Source: a virus (lineage: Duplodnaviria; Caudoviricetes). Taken from it: DNA of 64,000 bases. Shown here piece by piece: positions 55,154-64,000 of the stretch; within the stretch, counting starts at the first letter, position 1, and each line of letters starts with the position of its first letter. A program made the position numbers and the translations under genes. The notes beneath the pieces were generated by a model, which worked only from the letters and a program-made list of their open reading frames with translations, ran no database searches and was not told the DNA's origin. Location of the stretch: the IMG/VR virus record IMGVR_UViG_3300035676_000001; one strand, 5' to 3'.

Positions 55154-57298
55154 TCAGGCAACGAGTTCGATAAACTCACCAAGAATACGCTTGTTCATTT
55201 TTTTAGACTTCAGACTCTTCACAAAAGCAGATTTAATTTGTGCTTTAGAAGCATCCTCCGAAACCGCAAACTCAGTGTCTTGGGCTAGAGCAGTAGCAGA
55301 GAGACCGAAGTAAGAATGATACCCAGACTTTTTAATCGTAAATGTCTTTTCCTTTCTCCAAGAACCCATCACCTTATCAAAATCGGGACCATAATATCCA
55401 CAATAACGGCGAATAAAATTACCAGCATCACGAGACTCAAGAACACGAATACCAATGAAGTTAATATCGGCAAACTTGTCCCGCAGATTGCGAAGAAAAA
55501 CATCAGTCATTTGATACCATTCACAATCCAAAGAATAGGTACTTCCAGTCTTACGGTCACGCAAGAATGACCCAAATCCAATCGCAGCAGTTCCCAGAAA
55601 AGGATTATCTTCCCAATGACGCTTCACTTCGCGGTGATACTTAATACCACAAGCTTCACCATCAGTCAGAACAACACACTGGACTTTCTGAAGTTTATTT
55701 TCTTTCTGAAACTTAGGAAGAATCTGATGAAGAGAAATAAGTGCCTCGTTCAAAGGAGTTCCTGAGAGAGAAAGACCCAAAGGAATCTGATAAGAAGTAT
55801 AGCAGTTACGCCCAAAAGAATAAGCAAGACGGAAGATATTCTTCATCTGCTCTTCAAGAGTCTTACCATTCACTTGACTGGTGAGCAGATTCATCATCGA
55901 GAACCATTCTCCAACTTGAATCATACCAGCTTGCTTTTCGTAAGCAAGTTCACGAAGATTTGCCTTACCATTCTCATCATAAGAAACCAGAGGATAATCA
56001 GTCGTGAAAGCATAAACCTCAAACGGAATCGAAACTTTCTTACAGAACCAAACAAGATTGAAGAGTTGCTTGACCGTATCCAGCATCACATCACACATCG
56101 AACCAGACCAGTCCAGAACGAACACCAGACCGTGATTCTTGCCGTTAGCAAGAGTTGTAACCTTCCTGAACAGGTCTTCGTTGTATTTGTAGGTATGAAG
56201 TTTAGAGCAGTCTAGAACACCAGTGCGGGCAGTCGTAGCACGGGCATAGGAGTCTGCTGCCTTACGACACTCAAACTCTTTGACCAAATAATTGACTTCT
56301 TTCTGTGCCGAACGCTTGAACTCTACAAACTGCTTATCAACTTCACCAAAGATGTCTTCATACTTATATTCACGGTCTTCAATGAAAGAATCCCAGGTAT
56401 TTTTACAGTTAGAATGAATATCAGCGTTCGGAACAATTACTTTTTTCAGGTCAAGTTTAGGCAGTTCCAGATAAACATTTTCAGGACCACTATTATTGAC
56501 GAGTTCTTTCAGTGCCTCTTCCAGAGAATCCATTGTCTTCACTTCAGGTTCTTCATTCCTCTCACCACCTTGATTACTTGAAGTCGGTTGCTGCTCCTGC
56601 TCTGCGGACCCACCATAAGAATCAGTTTCGCCAGGTTGCTCCTGGTCATTCTCACCTTCCTGTTGGTCAATAAAATCGGAAGCAGGTTGATTATTAGCAC
56701 CATCCTGCTGCGACTCAAGATTATCCAGAGAAATCTTGGTTTCTTCCTGCTGCTTTTGCTTACAATACTTGTAGAGTGCTTCTGCAGCAATCAGGACATC
56801 TGCAAAAGATTCAGAAGCATCAATCAGATTGATAATTTCCTTCTCTTCTGCAGTAAAGTTCAAATCCAAGAAGTTACCAATCTTGAAATAAAGATTCGCA
56901 CGGTCGGCAAGATTATAAGTTTCCAGTTTATCATCACCAATCTGAAAGAAGTCATCATCGGCAAGTTCCTTGTAACCGTTAAAGAAAGTCTTGGCAAGAC
57001 CAGCATAACGACGCTTCATCAGTTTCTCAATGCGAGCATCCTCAACCACATTCACAAACTGTGGGGGAATCTTATGCTCCTTCAACCAGTCTTCATCAGG
57101 TGTATAGAGAGCGTGACCCACTTCGTGACCCACCAGAAGGTCATAGACAGTGTTGCTTGCCTTATCCCACATAGGCAGAGTCAGAACACGGGTATGAACA
57201 TTAAAGCAGGCAGTCTCCACCTTCTTATGCTCAACCACAAGGTCTTCGGTAGCAAGAAGCTTTGCGAGTTGGGACTTAATTTCGTGGCGGACAGTCAT
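55154..57298 (-). CDS. CobT-like VWA protein with N-terminal HExxH peptidase-like domain
   Basis: GHEVGHALYT; NVVEDARIE; acidic linker; VLDWSGSM MIDAS, GTPLNEA and LTDGE. Confidence 0.82.
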   Translation of the reverse strand: MTVRHEIKSQLAKLLATEDLVVEHKKVETACFNVHTRVLTLPMWDKASNTVYDLLVGHEVGHALYTPDEDWLKEHKIPPQFVNVVEDARIEKLMKRRYAGLAKTFFNGYKELADDDFFQIGDDKLETYNLADRANLYFKIGNFLDLNFTAEEKEIINLIDASESFADVLIAAEALYKYCKQKQQEETKISLDNLESQQDGANNQPASDFIDQQEGENDQEQPGETDSYGGSAEQEQQPTSSNQGGERNEEPEVKTMDSLEEALKELVNNSGPENVYLELPKLDLKKVIVPNADIHSNCKNTWDSFIEDREYKYEDIFGEVDKQFVEFKRSAQKEVNYLVKEFECRKAADSYARATTARTGVLDCSKLHTYKYNEDLFRKVTTLANGKNHGLVFVLDWSGSMCDVMLDTVKQLFNLVWFCKKVSIPFEVYAFTTDYPLVSYDENGKANLRELAYEKQAGMIQVGEWFSMMNLLTSQVNGKTLEEQMKNIFRLAYSFGRNCYTSYQIPLGLSLSGTPLNEALISLHQILPKFQKENKLQKVQCVVLTDGEACGIKYHREVKRHWEDNPFLGTAAIGFGSFLRDRKTGSTYSLDCEWYQMTDVFLRNLRDKFADINFIGIRVLESRDAGNFIRRYCGYYGPDFDKVMGSWRKEKTFTIKKSGYHSYFGLSATALAQDTEFAVSEDASKAQIKSAFVKSLKSKKMNKRILGEFIELVA

Positions 57299-57468
57299 TT
57301 GATTTGAATCGTATGTGTATATGATACAAAAGAACCTCCCTTTTTGGGGGAGGTCATGTGCCGCTTTTTGAAGTGGCTCAGTCGTGCTTTTGCTTGTCGG
57401 AGTGCTTGCGGTTTCAGTTTCCGCTTCTGCTCCTTCTTAGAATGGTGGTAGCGGTTGGGGACTTGCAT
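57295..57468 (-). CDS. 57-aa basic hypothetical (below ORF-track cutoff)
   Basis: MQVPNRYHHSKKEQKRKLKPQALRQAKARL; coupled to gp46 and the VWA gene. Confidence 0.55.
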   Translation of the reverse strand: MQVPNRYHHSKKEQKRKLKPQALRQAKARLSHFKKRHMTSPKKGGSFVSYTHTIQIK

Positions 57469-59195
57469 TACTCTTGTGCTTGTGAGGACATCATACGCGA
57501 AAAACCTTTGACTTTCTCGAACCGTAGGACAGTTTCAAATTTGTCATGTAGGTCTGCCTTATGAGAAATCACAAAGATATTAGCATCCTTAATCACATAA
57601 CGAATAATCTTAAGAAACTCATCAGTTCCAAATCCATCAAGTGAAGAATCAAAGACCTCATCCATAATCAGCAGATTAGTATTGACGGAATTTTTGACTC
57701 TCGCAACTTCTCTCCAAGTGAAGAGTAGGGCAAGGTCGATTCTCATTTTTTCACCCTCACTAAAAGAACTATAAGAAAAGTCTTCGTGAATGGGTGATTT
57801 TACAGTTTCGTTGAACTCTTCATCAAGATGGAAGTTAATATAAAAATCCATCATCTGAAGATAACGATTCACCTGCTGATTTATGAACGGAAGATACTTC
57901 TTGATTATCTTCGTTTTTACGCCATCGTCCTTGAGTAAGGAGTAGGCAAAATCGTAATAAACGATTTCTTCTTTTTTCTTTGAAAGGTCTTCGAATGTTT
58001 TTTGGAGATTTTCCCGAAATTCTTCTAACTTTTCATGTTCAGTATTTCGGTTTTCAAGTTGTTCGGTAATAGTTTGAATTTCAGATTCAAGGTCTCGAAT
58101 TTGCCTCTGGTTGAGGGATATCCGAGTATTGTTTTGAGAAATCTCATGGTTGAGTTTCGTAATCTCCTTTGATAGAACTGTGAATTGACGCTCTCTCTCT
58201 TCCTCAAATTTTATAGTCTCCTCAAGTTCTTGAAAACCTTTCTGGAGTTCCTTTGCCTTATTTTGAGCGTCTGCAATTCTATTTAACCGAAACTCATCTT
58301 CAATCGTTTGAGTGCAAGTAGGGCAGACCGTATTCTCTGTGAAAAACTTATGCTCTTTGGTAATCACAGATACTTTCTGCGATATTTTGCCCTTCAGATT
58401 GTTTAGCTTTCTCAACTTATCATCAGCACCAAGCACTTCCTCTTGTTCTTTTGTGCGAGAAAAAACTTCTTCTTCAGTTCTACCACTCTGAGTCATATAA
58501 GCATCGACTTCTTTCATCAATTGGTCGATTTTATTCTTACGATTCTCAATATTTTCCTTACCACGATTTTCAAGTTCATCGATGAAGTTTTGCTGCATCT
58601 TCATCTTATCCTTGAGAGTTTCTTTACGAACATCAAGAGATTTCACTTGGTCTTTTTGGACACGAATCTTTTCTTTGATGAGAGAGTTCATCGCAGAGAA
58701 AATACGAATATCCAGAAGGTCCTCAATCACTTCTCTACGATGTGCCGTAGTCAGTTGCATAAAAGGTACAAATGTGCTAGAACCCAGAATCACAATCTGA
58801 GTAAAAGACTTGTAATTGACCTTGAGAATATTCTCTTCAAGAATGCGTTGATTTGCTCTGTCGTCTGCCTCCTTATGAAGGGGAACGCCATTCACTTCAA
58901 TATCAAAAATATTTGGTTTGATACCACGACGAACCAAATAATCCCGACTATTCACCGAAAACTCAATTTCTACACAACAATCTTTTTCGTTGGTAGTATT
59001 TACAAGTTGAGGTTTGTTAATCTTCCTGAACGGTTTGTTGAAAAGAACAAAAGTAAGTGCATCCAGCATCGTGGATTTTCCAGCACCATTTGTTCCAATT
59101 ACAAGATTGGTATGACTTTTTTGAAAATCAATCTCACTCCACTGGTTCCCAGTTGAAAGAAAGTTTTTCCACTTAATTTTTTTGAAGGTTATCAT
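57468..59195 (-). CDS. 46: recombination endonuclease subunit gp46 (Rad50/SbcC-like)
   Basis: GTNGAGKST, CPTC hook, FSEGEKMRID and LIMDEVFDSSLD. Confidence 0.96.
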   Translation of the reverse strand: MITFKKIKWKNFLSTGNQWSEIDFQKSHTNLVIGTNGAGKSTMLDALTFVLFNKPFRKINKPQLVNTTNEKDCCVEIEFSVNSRDYLVRRGIKPNIFDIEVNGVPLHKEADDRANQRILEENILKVNYKSFTQIVILGSSTFVPFMQLTTAHRREVIEDLLDIRIFSAMNSLIKEKIRVQKDQVKSLDVRKETLKDKMKMQQNFIDELENRGKENIENRKNKIDQLMKEVDAYMTQSGRTEEEVFSRTKEQEEVLGADDKLRKLNNLKGKISQKVSVITKEHKFFTENTVCPTCTQTIEDEFRLNRIADAQNKAKELQKGFQELEETIKFEEERERQFTVLSKEITKLNHEISQNNTRISLNQRQIRDLESEIQTITEQLENRNTEHEKLEEFRENLQKTFEDLSKKKEEIVYYDFAYSLLKDDGVKTKIIKKYLPFINQQVNRYLQMMDFYINFHLDEEFNETVKSPIHEDFSYSSFSEGEKMRIDLALLFTWREVARVKNSVNTNLLIMDEVFDSSLDGFGTDEFLKIIRYVIKDANIFVISHKADLHDKFETVLRFEKVKGFSRMMSSQAQE

Positions 59196-59454
59196 TCTTT
59201 GGAGGAATTACGATGTCGTCAGGGGTAATCACAGCATACTTGTAATTATACAGCTTACAAGTCTTTATAGCAAGCTCGTCATCAACTTCTACAACTTCCA
59301 TTTCTTTCTGGTAGTCTTCGTCGTCTTCGAGCATCAAAGCATATCTTACAGCATCATCTTCTTCCTCAAAAAGAAAAAGGACTTTTTCTCCGTATTGGTC
59401 TTGAACGGCATAAGCACCGTCATCTTTCCTATCTTTAAGAGTGAGAAGATACAT
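59173..59454 (-). CDS. conserved acidic hypothetical
   Basis: VLFLFEEEDDAVRYA..YAVITPDDIVIPP. Confidence 0.7.
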   Translation of the reverse strand: MYLLTLKDRKDDGAYAVQDQYGEKVLFLFEEEDDAVRYALMLEDDEDYQKEMEVVEVDDELAIKTCKLYNYKYAVITPDDIVIPPKNDNLQKN

Positions 59455-60491
59455 TACTCAACTTCGCAAGCTTGTTTGTATAGGTCTTGAAATATTCCTT
59501 TGATGATATTCTTATCAAATCCAAATTCGGATTCATCAATATAACGATTCAGAATTGAAATAGTATTCTCTTCCTCATCAACTTCAAACTCTTCACTTTC
59601 TTGAATTTCAAAGTTCTCAATAATCTTGAGTTCTTGAACACCTGCAGTATAAAGTTTATCAATGAACTTTTCAAAATCTTTTGGTTTGGTTTTTTTACGA
59701 ACGATTACCTTAACGATTTTGTTTTCATATTCAGTTGCATTAAAGAGTTTGTAATTGGTATCCTCATAATAAAGATTATAGAACAATTTATAAGGATTAT
59801 TAACTGGAGTATGAGTAAGAGTTTCAGTATCAAAGATATGAAATCCACGAGTATCATTCACATCATTCCAATACATCTCATAAGCATTTCCTAAGTAATA
59901 AATCTTACCATTATCGGAACGAGTATGATAGTGTCCAGAAAATACTTTTGTAAATTTATCAAAAATATTTGCATCCATTCCATGCTCTTCCATAATCAGA
60001 TTACGATTCACACGAAAACCTTTAAGTTCTAAGTGTCCCATCGCAATCTTTGCTTTGGACTTCTTGATTTGATTGAGAGTTTCATCATAGTTCTCACTAC
60101 AAATCCAGGGCACCATCATAATATCCAGACCACCAACTTTAATGGTTTGTGGAGAGCTATAAGTCCGAATATTAGGATAGGTCTGAAGAAGCAGACTTGG
60201 AGAATTGACGCTATTGGTATTCTTATAGTAACAATCGTGATTACCAATAATCATATGAACCTCATAGTTTCTCATAGGTTCAAATACAACTCTCTTTGCC
60301 CATTCCAGACTTTGATAATCAATTGACTTACGACTATCAAAAGCATCACCCATATGAATGACTGCTTCTACCCCGTGCTCTTCAAGGGCAGGAAAGAAGA
60401 CATTCTTATAGAAGAGTTCAAAGTGGTCGTGGAGATACTTGGAACCCTTCCTTGCCCCATAGTGAGTGTCTGTGATAATGGCAACTTTCAT
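59454..60491 (-). CDS. 47: recombination endonuclease subunit gp47 (Mre11/SbcD-like)
   Basis: ITDTHYG, HMGDAFD, IGNHD, GHLEL and FSGHYH. Confidence 0.96.
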   Translation of the reverse strand: MKVAIITDTHYGARKGSKYLHDHFELFYKNVFFPALEEHGVEAVIHMGDAFDSRKSIDYQSLEWAKRVVFEPMRNYEVHMIIGNHDCYYKNTNSVNSPSLLLQTYPNIRTYSSPQTIKVGGLDIMMVPWICSENYDETLNQIKKSKAKIAMGHLELKGFRVNRNLIMEEHGMDANIFDKFTKVFSGHYHTRSDNGKIYYLGNAYEMYWNDVNDTRGFHIFDTETLTHTPVNNPYKLFYNLYYEDTNYKLFNATEYENKIVKVIVRKKTKPKDFEKFIDKLYTAGVQELKIIENFEIQESEEFEVDEEENTISILNRYIDESEFGFDKNIIKGIFQDLYKQACEVE

Positions 60492-60964
60492 CGGTTACTG
60501 CGATACTGGATATTGTCCTTCATCGTATTATAGTCCGAACTGCTGCCTGAAAGCAAGCTATCGTCAATCATCATTACCTCATCAAACCCAGTGCGTTCGA
60601 TAATCTTTGTCTTAATTTCTAATTGCTTTTTCTCCTTCTGAATACGGCGGAGAAATGCATAGTGAATAATTTGTGTAAAATAAGCAAAAGGATTTTGAGA
60701 CTTCTCTGGATTGAAATTATGAATGTACTGCACACAATTTTCAATACCATCAGAAATCATATCCTCACGGAACATATAATTCACAAAGTTTGGTTTATAT
60801 GATAAATGAGTCGCAATCTTCAGAAAACACTCTCCCAAGTAATTTGTAATACGCGGTTTAGGAAGACCTGCTTCTTTAGCGGCAGCAACCTTAGTACGAT
60901 ATACAATTAGTGCTTCTAATAATTCTTTGTTATTTACATAGTGTTCTGATTTCTTCTTGGGCAT
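60488..60964 (-). CDS. 55: late-transcription sigma factor (gp55)
   Basis: HYVNNKELL..F.NY..REDMISDGIENC..NPFAYFTQI..AFLRRIQKEK. Confidence 0.96.
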   Translation of the reverse strand: MPKKKSEHYVNNKELLEALIVYRTKVAAAKEAGLPKPRITNYLGECFLKIATHLSYKPNFVNYMFREDMISDGIENCVQYIHNFNPEKSQNPFAYFTQIIHYAFLRRIQKEKKQLEIKTKIIERTGFDEVMMIDDSLLSGSSSDYNTMKDNIQYRSNR

Positions 60965-61073
60965 AGCATCGGACTCATTAAATATATGATTTACTTATTA
61001 TACCATACATTCGGGGGCTTGACAAGATATGAAAATATGTGTAGACTAGGTTTGTCTCCGTTGAAGATAAAAA

Positions 61074-61487
61074 CTAGCTTTCTTTAAGACCTTTAAAGAG
61101 CTCTTCAAGTCTCTTACGAGCATCTTTTACTGAAGAGATATATCCCATCTTTTCAGAAGGTTTAACGGCACCACCACCAGGTTTATATACTTCTATTGAA
61201 TCATCATCCTCAGAGAGATATTGATTATAAAGTTCTATAACTCTTTCATCTCTAGATTCAGTCATAGTAATAACTTTATCAAGTTTGATTAAAAAGATAT
61301 CATCACTTGCTATTTCCATCCAAGGTTTAATCTTCACATAAGATGTTGGACCATTGTGAAGCACCTTCATTACAACAGGATTTTGTAGCACTATAATAGG
61401 ATCTCCATCATTCTCATCTATAGATACTAGAGAGAATATTTCTTCACCTGATGTAAGTTTTATAATAGAGTAAAATTCGTCTCCCAT
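61074..61487 (-). CDS. conserved hypothetical
   Basis: FYSIIKLTSGEEIFS..L.NPV..KPWM. Confidence 0.7.
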   Translation of the reverse strand: MGDEFYSIIKLTSGEEIFSLVSIDENDGDPIIVLQNPVVMKVLHNGPTSYVKIKPWMEIASDDIFLIKLDKVITMTESRDERVIELYNQYLSEDDDSIEVYKPGGGAVKPSEKMGYISSVKDARKRLEELFKGLKES

Positions 61488-62950
61488 TAGTTTTTAAGAG
61501 GTATGTTTACAATATCGTAGTTAAAGTTTTCTTCATTATAAATTTTAATTCTTTCTATTAAGTGATTGAGTGTATAATTCTTTCTTGATTTATAACTAAT
61601 ATCATCGGCAATATCATATAAAGTTGCTTTTACTTTACTTTCCCCTTTCCTAAGAACTCTTCCGATAGATTGGAGATTTCTAATTCTCGATTTCGATGGT
61701 GACGCAAACACAACATTATGTAAGTTGCGAATATTGATACCGGTAGAAAAAGTTCCATAGGATGCTACGATAATTGCGTTATTTTCTTTCTCTGTTATTT
61801 CACGAACCTTTTCTCGTTCTTCAGTATCCACTCCACCGTGAACAAAGAATACATGACGGTTATCATGCTTGCTACTATTTATGAGTTCGTATAAAGGTTG
61901 TCCGTGACCTTCTACTCTACTGAAAAGAATTAAAGTATTTCCTTTTAAGTCAAGAGCAAGATTACGAATAAATTTGTTTCTTCTTTCGTGTCCGATAATA
62001 TACTGAACCTCATCTTCAAAAGTCTCAAACTTATTCGGTGGGTGTTTCAATAGAAGAATGTTGATATCCAGTTTTGCAAGATGACCTTTTTGCATCAGTT
62101 CATCCGTCTTGATAATCTTGTAAGAAGGACCAAATAATCCTTCTAGAACCCACTTGTGAGTTTGGCTACCATCTAGTGTTCCAGTAAATCCAAAGCGATA
62201 TTTTGCATCACAGAGTTTTGTCATTATAGATATTAATGACTTGGATTTAAACTGGTGTGCCTCATCTCCAACGACTACATTAAATCTTGCAAAATACTGC
62301 TTAGGCAATTTGTAAATACTTTGCCATGTAGTAATAATGACTTGGGAATTGGTTTCCCTCTCCTTTCCCGCATAGATTTTGTGACAGTATGAACCAACAT
62401 CCCACCCGTAATCTGCAAAATCTTTATACATTTGTTCTACAAGGGAAGTCGTTGGGACAACTATCAGAATATTTTGCTGCTTCTCAACATAATATCTCAC
62501 AACAGAATATATCATTAATGACTTTCCAGAAGCAGTTGGAGATATCAATAACTTTCGATTATGTCGCAAAGCGTCGTATACTCCCTCAACTTGGTAATCG
62601 CGTGGGGCGTGCCTACTGATAGCAGTCATATAATCTTTCACACCTTCTCTTGAGATGTTCTCATTTACCTCAAAAGGTAATCCATAGAATTTATTATTTC
62701 TAAATTCGTATGTATAGTTGTGATCTTCACAAAATTTGATAATTCTATCTAAGAGTCCAATGTAAATCTCACCTGTTTGTGTAGAGAACAGGCGAATTTT
62801 TCCGTCCCAGTATTTGTTGCGAAACTGGGGGCTGAATTTTGCATTTGGAACATCAAAAGTAAATTGGTCTTGAAGTTCATAATATACATGAGGTTCTGCT
62901 TGAACGTGGAGATAGACCTCATTCTTTTTTGATATTACCAAATGAGACAT
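61487..62950 (-). CDS. uvsW: RNA-DNA/DNA-DNA helicase UvsW
   Basis: PRDYQ, SPTASGKS, GDEAH, GFTGT, STGINI and QSIGRVLR. Confidence 0.96.
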   Translation of the reverse strand: MSHLVISKKNEVYLHVQAEPHVYYELQDQFTFDVPNAKFSPQFRNKYWDGKIRLFSTQTGEIYIGLLDRIIKFCEDHNYTYEFRNNKFYGLPFEVNENISREGVKDYMTAISRHAPRDYQVEGVYDALRHNRKLLISPTASGKSLMIYSVVRYYVEKQQNILIVVPTTSLVEQMYKDFADYGWDVGSYCHKIYAGKERETNSQVIITTWQSIYKLPKQYFARFNVVVGDEAHQFKSKSLISIMTKLCDAKYRFGFTGTLDGSQTHKWVLEGLFGPSYKIIKTDELMQKGHLAKLDINILLLKHPPNKFETFEDEVQYIIGHERRNKFIRNLALDLKGNTLILFSRVEGHGQPLYELINSSKHDNRHVFFVHGGVDTEEREKVREITEKENNAIIVASYGTFSTGINIRNLHNVVFASPSKSRIRNLQSIGRVLRKGESKVKATLYDIADDISYKSRKNYTLNHLIERIKIYNEENFNYDIVNIPLKN

Positions 62951-63005
62951 TCATAAAATATCAGTTACAAATATTTATTGATAATAAAAAAGAGGCATTC
63001 CTGCC

Positions 63006-63728
63006 TCAATTTGCCAATTTTATCCCAGATATTCCGAATGATGGTCCTTCCCCAGGAGTGAATTTTTTCTTGTTTGATGATGAACCAACATTTGGAAGTG
63101 AGCTGCTACCTCCAGGTACTTTCGCAGTTTGATATCCAGTTCTTTGATTAATTGGACTCATTCCCGCTCTAGAGTAAATAGCACCTCTTTTGGCAGCACC
63201 TTCTGCATCACTTCTTGCTCTTTGTCCAGATGCTGCAATATTTGAGGGTTTATTTACTACAATATCACCTTGTTTTGCTCCAGCATCAATTGCTTTCTGC
63301 TTCACGCCCTTAATTGCTGATAAGAATGCTCTGGCTTTTTGTGATGGGGATAGTTTGGACTTTGCCTTTCCTAAGGTTACATCGTGGACTGCACCCTTTA
63401 TACCTTGTAATTGTTGTTTTAATCCTTTTACAGTTGAACGTACATTTTTTTCACCCTCTTTATACGCATTTTTAGCCACATTAGCGGCAAATGCTGATGG
63501 ACTTGAGTGAGTTCTAATATATGTTGGCACATCAGGTCCATTCTTCATTTTCCAATCGGTTGCAACCTTTGGATTTTGTACTGGTCCTCTTCCTCTAAAT
63601 CCTGCAATTGCCACATCTTTTCTCGCAGCACCTTCAGTTCCCGGAATGGGCATTGTTCCAGATTTGCGCGATGCTGATATTTGACGTAGTTCTCTTGCTT
63701 CTTCTAAGAATTCTTTGAAAGTTTTCAT
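63006..63728 (-). CDS. basic protein with T4 internal-protein-like N-terminus
   Basis: MKTFKEFLEE; CTAAATA upstream; Lys/Arg/Gly-rich. Confidence 0.6.
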   Translation of the reverse strand: MKTFKEFLEEARELRQISASRKSGTMPIPGTEGAARKDVAIAGFRGRGPVQNPKVATDWKMKNGPDVPTYIRTHSSPSAFAANVAKNAYKEGEKNVRSTVKGLKQQLQGIKGAVHDVTLGKAKSKLSPSQKARAFLSAIKGVKQKAIDAGAKQGDIVVNKPSNIAASGQRARSDAEGAAKRGAIYSRAGMSPINQRTGYQTAKVPGGSSSLPNVGSSSNKKKFTPGEGPSFGISGIKLAN

Positions 63729-63746
63729 TCAACTTTTTATTTTTAT

Positions 63747-64000
63747 TTAGTTAAATCCTGATTGGAAACGATGCCATTCAATTGCATTCTTAATTTGATA
63801 TGTTCTGTTGGAAATTGTTTTAATGACTTCTTCAAGAAACTTGAGCATAATATCGTAGTATCTGATTTTAAGTTCTACTTTTGATAGTTTCTCATCGGCA
63901 GACATATATCTTTCAATAGCATCCTTTTCTCTTACCTTATAGGGAAATGGTTCTTCAGCATAAACTTCTAATGGTGCCTTTCCAGTGTAATAATTATAAC
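63747..64000 (-). CDS. uvsY: recombination mediator UvsY (3' part; starts beyond the right edge)
   Basis: Manual translation YYTGKA..EEPFPYKV..Y..ADE..I.NRTYQIKNAIEW.RFQSG; next to uvsW. Confidence 0.88.
   Translation of the reverse strand, partial: YNYYTGKAPLEVYAEEPFPYKVREKDAIERYMSADEKLSKVELKIRYYDIMLKFLEEVIKTISNRTYQIKNAIEWHRFQSGFN

Overview
A 64 kb segment of an AT-rich T4-like cyanomyovirus genome, most plausibly infecting picocyanobacteria (Synechococcus/Cyanobium); almost all genes are on the minus strand. From left to right: (1) 1-9.2 kb, a glycan-synthesis island with gmd, fcl, three fucosyltransferase-like families, a GT2, a KpsF-like isomerase, a nucleotidyltransferase-kinase and a HAD; (2) 9.3-19.7 kb, a structured RNA, small ORFs, a tail-fibre pair, dps, an HNH, pstS, a Som-type porin, a tRNA cluster containing two unnamed structured RNAs, an FkbM methyltransferase and a cell-wall hydrolase; (3) 19.8-22.2 kb, a plus-strand late block of exported proteins and an SNase; (4) an autotransporter-like protein, lysozyme, C39 peptidase and a GIY-YIG nuclease; (5) the T4 core: nrdB/A, primase, virion proteins, mazG, 41, uvsX, 43, hsp20, regA, 62, dam, 44, 45, cobS/cobT-like, 46, 47, 55, uvsW and partial uvsY. 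Ten intact tRNAs are present. The most striking observation is an HNH cassette inside a split, decayed tRNA-Leu gene that carries its own intact replacement tRNA-Leu(UAG), fused to the HNH stop codon. A related HNH has an analogous arrangement at tRNA-Val. All three free-standing endonuclease genes carry a late promoter enclosed by an inverted repeat that covers the start region. All calls come from reading the sequence; no database searches were run.
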